Origin: Escherichia phage AidaStucki_Bas93
Sequence record: PQ850593.1
DNA: 64,000 nt
Reading direction: 5' to 3' (one strand)
Shown here: in pieces, positions 53,832-60,835 of the stretch
Layout: every line of letters begins with the position of its first letter
Position numbering within the stretch: position 1 is the first letter of the stretch
Program-made: the position numbers and the translations under genes
Notes under the pieces: generated by a model
Database searches by the model: none
Told to the model about the DNA's origin: nothing
What the model saw: the letters and a program-made list of their open reading frames with translations, nothing else

Positions 53832-54638
53832 TTATGCTACCTGAAGGCGTTTAATCTGCTGGTCCGCTTCTTTAACGTTATTACCGTTAATGATTTCATG
53901 AAGCTTCTCAATCGGAAGGCGAGAGTGCAATGCCATCAGAGTGGACATGTCACACTGCTGAACAACCTTGTCAACCTGATCATAAACAAACTTACGGTTT
54001 TCACGATCACTAATCCAGAAGTTAGACAGGGAACGATATTCAATACCATAGTCCTTGTAGCGGATTGCAGATGCTTTACCGTAGAGTTCTTTACGGCGAG
54101 TGTCTTTATCCATAATAACTGCTGGGAGGGATAGGAAGTAGTCACACAGCACACCCAGCATCATCTGAGTTTGCAGGGTGATATCCAAAGCACCAACTAC
54201 GCCAAGATGTACGTGACCACCGGCAGTACGAAGCCCCTTATTTTGAGAAGTCGGGGATGGGTTCTTCTGACCAGTGAAAGCGTTGAAATCAGGAGTACAT
54301 CCAAAGATGAACGCTGATTCATTGAAAGTCTTCATCTCTTCTTCAGTGAAGATGTGAGAGCTAACACCCGGAGCTGTTTCCATGTCCAGTTTGTTCAGGA
54401 CATTATTGGTGAGATCGATACCACGTTGCATGTTGTCATTAAACGCTTCAAAACCACTCTGTGGGTCAATATCAAACTCAGCCAGTACGTTGTCCTCTTG
54501 AAGACGAACATCCTTAGCCAGAGCGATCTTATCGTCCTTAGAACAACCTAACAGACCAGCTACAGAAGTGATGATTCCTTTGCTGGTACGAACGAACATT
54601 TCCGGATCCGATCCTATTAAGAATTTGCGCTTAGTCAT
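53832..54638 (-). CDS. phiEco32-type COOH-NH2 ligase (type 2)
   Basis: 268 aa. N-terminal FLIGSDPEMFV and GGHVHLG resemble the family named after phiEco32. Confidence 0.55.
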   Translation of the reverse strand: MTKRKFLIGSDPEMFVRTSKGIITSVAGLLGCSKDDKIALAKDVRLQEDNVLAEFDIDPQSGFEAFNDNMQRGIDLTNNVLNKLDMETAPGVSSHIFTEEEMKTFNESAFIFGCTPDFNAFTGQKNPSPTSQNKGLRTAGGHVHLGVVGALDITLQTQMMLGVLCDYFLSLPAVIMDKDTRRKELYGKASAIRYKDYGIEYRSLSNFWISDRENRKFVYDQVDKVVQQCDMSTLMALHSRLPIEKLHEIINGNNVKEADQQIKRLQVA

Positions 54639-55602
54639 TGTAATACTCCACTAGTTCAGAAAAGAGAGATGAGATTGTGTTACCGATTTCTTCAGGATTA
54701 AGACCAGAATCTATTCCAGTACGCTGAATTATTCGTGCTGTAAAGTTTTGTACTGTAATGTTTTCCAACTTATTATCTATTGCTTCACGTTTGTGACCAT
54801 AACAGTTGGACCAGAGTTTTAACCACTCTGACATTGTTTCATACTCATCTGGATCTTGATCTTTAGCACGAGCAAATCTTCGTAAGACATCTGTGTTGTG
54901 GTTACGAACATAACCATTCTCGTTGTCACCAACACCGAAGGGGTTTTGAACCCATACTTGCTTCGTGTATTCATCAGAGTCAACAACCAAAGGAAGGAAT
55001 GCTGCTGCTGACATATTGTTGTCAATAACAACAGACGTGCTTTCACTACTCCCATTGGAAGCTCCTCGTTGAGACCACCTACCAAAGAAGTCACGACCCA
55101 ACCCAGCTAACAACAGAGCGATGCCAATGCGTTTACGCTTCAGCCACTCTTCCCTGTCTTCAATTCCTTCTGCTAGGAAATCCATTCCACGATACTGCCC
55201 TTCCAAAATGCTACGGAAGAGCATAAGTCCTGTGAAGATTTGATCTGCTGGATGCTCACGGAGGTTGACAGCTACGCTATTCGCTGAAGTGATTGTGAAT
55301 ACATCGCGATAGCAAGACATGGAGTTCATAATATCTGCTGTTTCAACCAAGTTCTTTTCAATATAAGATGCATCATGACCGTGAAAAGAGTGAGTCCAGT
55401 AATTCAGCATCTCCAGTTGCAAGTTGATATCACGGTTGAAGCGTCTATAACGCCCCTCTTCCATGATAACTTCGCCATTAATATCGCTTACACATTGGCC
55501 TTGCATGTAGTTGTGAATACCGAAGCACCCACGACCTAAGAACTTCTGTTCCCCTAAATCTTGTTGAAGATTCAGAGGTACGATCGTTGTGGAGATTGAC
55601 AT
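54631..55602 (-). CDS. hypothetical protein of the amidoligase cluster
   Basis: 323 aa. 8-nt overlap with the downstream gene. Confidence 0.5.
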   Translation of the reverse strand: MSISTTIVPLNLQQDLGEQKFLGRGCFGIHNYMQGQCVSDINGEVIMEEGRYRRFNRDINLQLEMLNYWTHSFHGHDASYIEKNLVETADIMNSMSCYRDVFTITSANSVAVNLREHPADQIFTGLMLFRSILEGQYRGMDFLAEGIEDREEWLKRKRIGIALLLAGLGRDFFGRWSQRGASNGSSESTSVVIDNNMSAAAFLPLVVDSDEYTKQVWVQNPFGVGDNENGYVRNHNTDVLRRFARAKDQDPDEYETMSEWLKLWSNCYGHKREAIDNKLENITVQNFTARIIQRTGIDSGLNPEEIGNTISSLFSELVEYYND

Positions 55603-55612
55603 AACTAACCTT

Positions 55613-56809
55613 TTATTTTCCTAAAAATAATCCGCTCATAATACCATCCCACTCAGAGGATGGAATCACTGAATACTCCGAACTTTGGTCCAGAGTTCCA
55701 CTACTAAATCTCTGAACAATGTTATAGATGTTGAACAGGTCTTTAGCCTCAGTACGGATACCGTAGACTAATTTATCAGATGTTCTTTCATCTTTAGATA
55801 CCCGACGAGCAAAATTAACCAGAAGGTTGTCACATTTAAGCGTTTCTGACCCACTCTCTACCAAATCAGGGTGCATCACAGGCAAGAACATCGAGTTATT
55901 GACTCGCAACTCTGCTGTTTCGTCATTCTCATAATGAATCCACTTAAAGTCTTCATCACGGAAGTGACCACAACCGTCTCTGTACGACTGCTGACGCCAA
56001 GGCACTTTAAATGCTTTAGCATACTTATCAGCCATGCCAACTGTAAACAACGACGCTGGGAAGATGCAAGCATCCCAATCATTACCGACCAGAGTTGCTT
56101 TCGTTTCACCCAAGAGGTTAGTATAAGTGCTAATCATTCGGGAATAAATATAAGCCTGAAGGATTGTCCAACCTTCAATCAACCATTTATGAAGGAAGGT
56201 TTCAACTTGACTCTCTTCGTCTTCGCAATAGAAGGTTCGGTCTAGCATTAAATAGAACAGACAACGATCAGCAGGGATGTTCTCAGTTGCTACACCCATA
56301 AAACCTTTCTCGTGCCAGCGTAAACAGGAGGGACGATCTTTGTCCACAAATGCTTCCATAGCTTCCAGTACAGCACGAGGTGAGGTTTGGTATTCAGGGT
56401 TTTTACTATTCCAACGATCAATGTTGTTCTTAGGAGGTGTGTCTTCATCTTCATACGAACACCAACTTAAAGCTTCAGATACGTGCTTTTCATCACACCA
56501 ATGCCTAAAACCTAACATCTTCATGTGAGTTCCGGAGTTCCAGATATGCTTGATTTTACACATATCCATCTCTCGGCTTAACAGGAACTCTTCCCCATCA
56601 GCGCTACGAACGTTAGCTTCTTCATTCCACACTCGAACGTGCATATTCCACCCATAAGTTGCCTCATACGTGTTAGGGTCGAAGTATTCATATTCGTCAT
56701 CATCTTCATCAACGCCACCGTTATAGTTGCGGAGCTGAAGGAATCCATAGCAAGGAGGATAGACCGTTAAAACTCTACCTTCAATATCTTCTAATGTTAC
56801 TGGAAACAT
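55613..56809 (-). CDS. hypothetical protein of the amidoligase cluster
   Basis: 398 aa. Cys/Trp-rich. No motif recognised. Confidence 0.5.
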   Translation of the reverse strand: MFPVTLEDIEGRVLTVYPPCYGFLQLRNYNGGVDEDDDEYEYFDPNTYEATYGWNMHVRVWNEEANVRSADGEEFLLSREMDMCKIKHIWNSGTHMKMLGFRHWCDEKHVSEALSWCSYEDEDTPPKNNIDRWNSKNPEYQTSPRAVLEAMEAFVDKDRPSCLRWHEKGFMGVATENIPADRCLFYLMLDRTFYCEDEESQVETFLHKWLIEGWTILQAYIYSRMISTYTNLLGETKATLVGNDWDACIFPASLFTVGMADKYAKAFKVPWRQQSYRDGCGHFRDEDFKWIHYENDETAELRVNNSMFLPVMHPDLVESGSETLKCDNLLVNFARRVSKDERTSDKLVYGIRTEAKDLFNIYNIVQRFSSGTLDQSSEYSVIPSSEWDGIMSGLFLGK

Positions 56810-56820
56810 TATACCAACCT

Positions 56821-57183
56821 CTATTGGTTTTTAATCAACTCAATAGACTTACGGATATAAAGAATATCTCGGAAGTTTCTGTAGTTGTTCATAAATTGAT
56901 GCTTCTGGAACTCAGCTTCTTCCAGAGCTTTCTTTGCGTCTGCATAGCCCTTACGAGCAAGATATACAACACGCTCTGGTAACATGTTTGCACGATGGAT
57001 TAGATACTTGTGAGCTTTCATGTTGCTTTGCTCACGAGCAATCTTACCTTTAGCAACTTTGATACCATTTGCAATCCAAGCAAGTTCTTGCTCAAGCTCA
57101 TCGTTGGACATTCCACCGAGGTTTGATGCAACCTTGTTCAGAGTTTCAATATTAACGTTGCCCTTGATGGGACGTGTATTCAT
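56821..57183 (-). CDS. hypothetical helical protein
   Basis: 120 aa. Confidence 0.45.
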   Translation of the reverse strand: MNTRPIKGNVNIETLNKVASNLGGMSNDELEQELAWIANGIKVAKGKIAREQSNMKAHKYLIHRANMLPERVVYLARKGYADAKKALEEAEFQKHQFMNNYRNFRDILYIRKSIELIKNQ

Positions 57184-57185
57184 AC

Positions 57186-57338
57186 TTACTCCTGTTGTTT
57201 ACACTCGTCAATAACCCACTGATAAGTGGATTGCCCAGAAAAGAAACACTGAATAAATCCAGACGTTCTCTGCGTTACCAGTGCTAGTGCACAAATCACT
57301 ACCGCTGCTGCTAGCAGTTTTAAATCTAATTTAGACAT
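57186..57338 (-). CDS. small membrane protein (50 aa)
   Basis: From the ATG after agagagga. Begins MSKLDLKLLAAAVVICALALV, a single TM or signal segment. Confidence 0.45.
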   Translation of the reverse strand: MSKLDLKLLAAAVVICALALVTQRTSGFIQCFFSGQSTYQWVIDECKQQE

Positions 57339-57357
57339 ATTTCCTCTCTTTGAATTT

Positions 57358-57382
57358 AAAAAAGGACTCTCCGAAAAGAGCC
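57358..57382 (-). terminator. Rho-independent terminator
   Basis: On the - strand: ggctct-tttcgg-agag(t)cc followed by ttttttaaa. Confidence 0.6.
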
Positions 57383-57446
57383 AAGCTTTAAATCCAAAAA
57401 AGATATTACCCAATATCTGTGGATAACCTGCTCTTAAAATATCTAT

Positions 57447-57486
57447 CCGACGGATGTTTGAGGAACACTCCTCGCCCTAGCATCGG
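57447..57486 (-). ncRNA. conserved structured RNA core, copy 1 (stem-CUAGGG-hairpin-AACAUC-stem)
   Basis: - strand: CCGATG|CTAGGG|cGAGGAgtgtTCCTCa|AACATC|CGTCGG. Homologous to 60722-60755, with compensatory changes in both stems. Confidence 0.35.
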
Positions 57487-57568
57487 CCCCATACGGGAAA
57501 TAAATTAAGATTAGGTTAGTTGAGTCAGAATAACTCACATAGCCTTCTCCGGAAGAAGGCTATAGATG

Positions 57569-57802
57569 TTACTCGCCTTTCTTAGCACGATCTTTGGCAG
57601 TTTTGCCAGTGCGGATGCGGTGTGAAACGTTAACCAGAGTGCCGCCATCAACTACGGTAACGCTCTTGTTTTTAGCCAGATCAAACACAGCCTTCTCTGT
57701 GCCACCCAAGCGAATTTGCTTAGGCTCACTGAAGGTTTGGGTTGATTTGGATTGGAACTGGAACGGTTGACGGATTGCATCAATTGCACTTACTTTAGAC
57801 AT
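57569..57802 (-). CDS. hypothetical early protein
   Basis: 77 aa. SD aagga. Confidence 0.5.
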   Translation of the reverse strand: MSKVSAIDAIRQPFQFQSKSTQTFSEPKQIRLGGTEKAVFDLAKNKSVTVVDGGTLVNVSHRIRTGKTAKDRAKKGE

Positions 57803-57908
57803 AGGGGAAATTCCTTAAAAAGTCATGGCTGCGTAGAGGGAATTCCCTACGCAAATTGGGCCGCCTAAAAAGAGGCGTCATAGTACTAAAAGGAGGAGAG
57901 AAGAGGGC

Positions 57909-58025
57909 TTATTTAGCTACCTTTTTCTGACCATTTACGAACCAGATAATTGTGCCATCAGGCTGCCGTTGACCGAAGCCTTTAATAGTTAGCATGTCTT
58001 CCGAAAACTCTTTAAAAGTAATCAT
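57909..58025 (-). CDS. small hypothetical protein (38 aa)
   Basis: Begins MITFKEFSEDMLTIKGFGQRQPDGTIIWFVNGQKKVAK. SD aagga 8 nt upstream. Confidence 0.3.
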   Translation of the reverse strand: MITFKEFSEDMLTIKGFGQRQPDGTIIWFVNGQKKVAK

Positions 58026-58102
58026 TTACTTATCCTTACATTAGAGTTAATATGATCTCTGCTTTGGCAAACTTCTCACCAACTTCGAGAGTATCAGCAA
58101 TC

Positions 58103-58348
58103 CTACTCCTGAACCACAGACATACGAATCATTTCCACCGGAGTGTCACCCTTCATAACACCCAGCACACCAGACATAAGGTTAACTGTGGTAATCCAGT
58201 CTTTTTCTACAGAGATTTTGCTGGACACATTGGCAACACGCATATAATACTGAGGTGATGCTGAACCTCGCTGGACTACGAAAGGATTTCCGGGGATGAT
58301 AGTATCCAGCGGATGTGTGTTATCTTTAATCTTAGGGATAATTTTCAT
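58103..58348 (-). CDS. hypothetical early protein
   Basis: 81 aa. Confidence 0.45.
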   Translation of the reverse strand: MKIIPKIKDNTHPLDTIIPGNPFVVQRGSASPQYYMRVANVSSKISVEKDWITTVNLMSGVLGVMKGDTPVEMIRMSVVQE

Positions 58349-58356
58349 CTTGATTC

Positions 58357-58668
58357 CTATTTAAGTTTGAGGCTGATATTAAGGTGCATACACGCCCTGT
58401 TCTGTACAGCGGCATAACTTCTGCCGAGCATGTCTGCCATTCTCTGAATAGGCATGAACCCAGCATTACGAATAACAAACTGATCTTCTTCTTCCGTCCA
58501 CTTGACACGAAGAGTAGCTCTGGAAATTTTGAACTTGGTACAGGCTGTGTTAACAGCATTCTCTGTAACATTCATAATCTGAGCAACCTCTTGAACCGAG
58601 TACTCTTTGATCAGTCTCCGAAGATTTTCAATCTGCATCGGAGTCCATATAGTTCTTCGTGCTTTCAT
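58357..58668 (-). CDS. DNA-binding protein with two Myb/SANT-like HTH repeats
   Basis: 103 aa. Two repeats: WTPMQIENLRRLIKEYSVQEVAQIMNVTENAV and WTEEEDQFVIRNAGFMPIQRMADMLGRSYAAVQNRA. Confidence 0.55.
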   Translation of the reverse strand: MKARRTIWTPMQIENLRRLIKEYSVQEVAQIMNVTENAVNTACTKFKISRATLRVKWTEEEDQFVIRNAGFMPIQRMADMLGRSYAAVQNRACMHLNISLKLK

Positions 58669-58688
58669 ATACCCTCCAATTAAACATT

Positions 58689-58718
58689 TATATAAGACTT
58701 GCTTAGATAAAGATTCAA
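58689..58718 (-). promoter_or_regulatory. candidate host sigma-70 early promoter
   Basis: On the - strand: TTGAAT-N18-TATATA, about 20 nt upstream of the ggaggg SD of the Myb-like gene. Confidence 0.35.
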
Positions 58719-58963
58719 TAAAATAGGGGGAGGGGACGAATCCTCCCTTATCCTATTAATTAGTATTGCATGTAAGATCTAACAATCGGTTTCCTTTGTA
58801 GGAATAAGCGTTATGCTCATCCAGCACTAAACTCCCGCCCCCTTAGTGGGCTGGGTTATTAAAGGGTAACGCCCTTATGGGCTAGTTACGTGAATGTTAG
58901 TTTGATAGGAGATCTGAAGTCCTATCTCAAAGGACTCTCGTAAGAATCCTTCACGATAAGCTC

Positions 58964-59161
58964 TTAATATACTAATCCGTGTAAGAGAAACACTCTCTTA
59001 GTTAACTCTGCTTTAGCTCTGTAATAAGCCGTAGAACCTAACAGGCGGCTCTTAACAAAGAACTTGATGTCATTGCTTACGTCTTGTATTAAACGCTCCT
59101 GTACAGCTTCTGAGGAGCTATTAATTGAATCAATTAACACCTTTGTAGATGTGTAATTCAC
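58964..59161 (-). CDS. hypothetical protein
   Basis: 65 aa from the GTG after ggag. The longer track ORF overlaps the lipoprotein gene. Confidence 0.4.
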   Translation of the reverse strand: MNYTSTKVLIDSINSSSEAVQERLIQDVSNDIKFFVKSRLLGSTAYYRAKAELTKRVFLLHGLVY

Positions 59162-59162
59162 A

Positions 59163-59444
59163 TCACCACTCCTTACCGGTTGTAGTTGTAGAGCCACCAC
59201 ACCACTGTGCATTAGATAAGGTTTTAGTCTCCTCATCCATTGCTGCACCATTCATGCATGAGATACCATTGTAACGCATATCAATTTCGCCAGAAGGAAC
59301 CTTCTCACCTTTATGCCAGCGAGATACACAAATACCTTCCACTGCTACTGCACACCATCCATCAGGACGGCTCTGTACACAGCCTGTAAGGGCCACACAG
59401 ACAAGGAAGATACAGATTAAGGATATTACACCACCCCAACTCAT
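59163..59444 (-). CDS. small lipoprotein
   Basis: 93 aa from the ATG after ggaggtg. Signal peptide plus lipobox (MSWGGVISLICIFLVCVALTGC). The mature part is Cys-rich. Confidence 0.6.
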   Translation of the reverse strand: MSWGGVISLICIFLVCVALTGCVQSRPDGWCAVAVEGICVSRWHKGEKVPSGEIDMRYNGISCMNGAAMDEETKTLSNAQWCGGSTTTTGKEW

Positions 59445-59455
59445 AACACACCTCC

Positions 59456-59559
59456 AAGAGCTTCTAGCGAGGATGACAGGGTTCGAACCTGCATACTCCA
59501 ATTACTTCTTTAACGACCGCTTAGAAGGCGGGGAAGATACATCCTCGCTAGAAGCTCTT
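59456..59559. repeat. 20-bp perfect inverted repeat flanking the tRNA-like element
   Basis: aagagcttctagcgaggatg (59456-59475) is the exact reverse complement of 59540-59559. Confidence 0.95.
59468..59546 (-). tRNA. tRNA-like element, possibly a non-canonical tRNA-Arg(UCU)
   Basis: 7-bp acceptor stem (GAGGATG/CATCCTC). Canonical T arm (GCAGG-TTCGAAC-CCTGT). A hairpin CCGC-CUUCUAA-GCGG with U33 and anticodon UCU. I could not draw a D arm, 23 nt lie between the anticodon arm and the T arm, and no CCA is encoded. Confidence 0.45.
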
Positions 59560-60064
59560 ATTTATTATTGAAACCCTTGCTCCAGTAATACTTACCATTG
59601 CAAGACCTACTACAAAAATGATTTTGGTTTTCTTTGTGGACCTTGTTACTCCTTCTCTCAAAAGATGTGCCACAATTACTGCAAACCAAAGTTATGACCA
59701 CACCCTTAGGTCTGTTCTCTAAGGTCTTCTTTAAGTGATCATTTGTGCTTAGAATCTGAAGGTTAGATATCTCATCATTGGTTGGATTTTGATCAACATG
59801 ATCTACCTCTTCCTCTGTAGTGAGATATCTTCCTATGTGGCAGGACATTAAGTACCTAGCATAAGAAACAGTAGACCTGTCTTTATCAGAGTTGTAAAGA
59901 TCTACAACCCTTCTCCCCTCTCGATTTTGACGAAGATATCCCCACCTCCAGTCATTGCAGTAGGGATAATCTAATTGTATTTTCAAATTACCTCCTGCTC
60001 TATCCATTGAGCTAAGAGCGCTTAATTTATTTAGATCATATCTCGCTTGGTGATAGGACCACAC
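59558..60064 (-). CDS. HNH homing-type endonuclease
   Basis: 168 aa. Carries EVDHVDQNPTNDEISNLQILSTNDHLKK (HNH_3-like) and a C-terminal Zn ribbon (CSNC...CSRSC). The start is uncertain (GTG 60064 lacks an SD). Confidence 0.65.
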   Translation of the reverse strand: MWSYHQARYDLNKLSALSSMDRAGGNLKIQLDYPYCNDWRWGYLRQNREGRRVVDLYNSDKDRSTVSYARYLMSCHIGRYLTTEEEVDHVDQNPTNDEISNLQILSTNDHLKKTLENRPKGVVITLVCSNCGTSFERRSNKVHKENQNHFCSRSCNGKYYWSKGFNNK

Positions 60065-60084
60065 ACTTTACATTCATACCAACC

Positions 60085-60336
60085 TTAAGCACATGCAGGG
60101 AGTGTGATGATTTCAGGTTTACCTTCGAACTCTTCAAACAAACCCAAGAATGTAGGGCTATACGTACCAGTACAAACAAACTCATCAAAGAGTTCATTGT
60201 ATGAGGGCTTAATCTTCCAAGCCCACACATAGCCCATCTTATCAATTGCAATGTAACGAGTGTTTAGAGGAACAGTCATCATCACACCATCAACTTCGAC
60301 CACTTTAGTGATTGGTGCAGCTTGGAAGTTTTTCAT
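60085..60336 (-). CDS. hypothetical early protein
   Basis: 83 aa. Confidence 0.45.
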   Translation of the reverse strand: MKNFQAAPITKVVEVDGVMMTVPLNTRYIAIDKMGYVWAWKIKPSYNELFDEFVCTGTYSPTFLGLFEEFEGKPEIITLPACA

Positions 60337-60349
60337 ACTTTACCCTTAA

Positions 60350-60382
60350 TTAAAACAACAAAGGCCACCCGATTGGGCAGCC
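60350..60382 (-). terminator. Rho-independent terminator
   Basis: On the - strand: ggctgccc-aatc-gggtggcc followed by tttgttgtttt. Confidence 0.65.
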
Positions 60383-60393
60383 TTTTTTATTTG

Positions 60394-60534
60394 TTAACTG
60401 TTATAGATCCAATTACCTTGCTTGTTACGGATAGTGGACATTGCATGAACCCAGAAGCCTTCCAGTTTCAGAGCACCATTAGTTACTGCATCCATACGTT
60501 CAGGGCGGTTCATACGTTTGGTTGATACTTTCAT
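60394..60534 (-). CDS. small basic protein (46 aa)
   Basis: Begins MKVSTKRMNRPERMDAVTNGALKLEGFWVHAMSTIRNKQGNWIYNS. Followed directly by a terminator. Confidence 0.35.
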   Translation of the reverse strand: MKVSTKRMNRPERMDAVTNGALKLEGFWVHAMSTIRNKQGNWIYNS

Positions 60535-60721
60535 ACCTATCTCTCTCTTTGTTAGTGGAGGCATTATTGCCAGTTGATATAGCAGATAACCCTATTAAAA
60601 GGACTACCGACTATCTAAACTGGTGAAGACTCCCTACCCCTAGAGAGTCTCCTGAATCCCAAACCAATATGTACCCCTACATATCGGAAAGTCTACCGAA
60701 AATTAACAGGTTTTAGTCTAA

Positions 60722-60755
60722 CACCGGATGTTCGAGCAAGCTCTCCCTAGCGGTG
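60722..60755 (-). ncRNA. conserved structured RNA core, copy 2
   Basis: - strand: CACCG|CTAGGG|aGAGcttgCTCg|AACATC|CGGTG. Same architecture as 57447-57486. Confidence 0.35.
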
Positions 60756-60835
60756 TGGCATATGCCTGATTTAATAAGTTAATGAGGAACACCCTCACAT
60801 AGCCCTCTGATAAGCACAAGGGCTATAAGTCGGTG

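Noticed and set aside
58040-58060. TAATGTAAG on the - strand, a 7/9 match to the phage-sigma element, upstream of the 38-aa ORF.
   Set aside because: It has two mismatches in the conserved 3' half. It also overlaps the SD, so a transcript starting downstream of it would lack a ribosome-binding site.
59456-59559. Attempts to fold the tRNA-like element as a standard cloverleaf, as a type II long-variable-arm tRNA, or on the + strand.
   Set aside because: No register gives both a D arm and an anticodon arm. The + strand puts the T arm at the 5' end. I therefore report it as non-canonical rather than as a confident tRNA-Arg.
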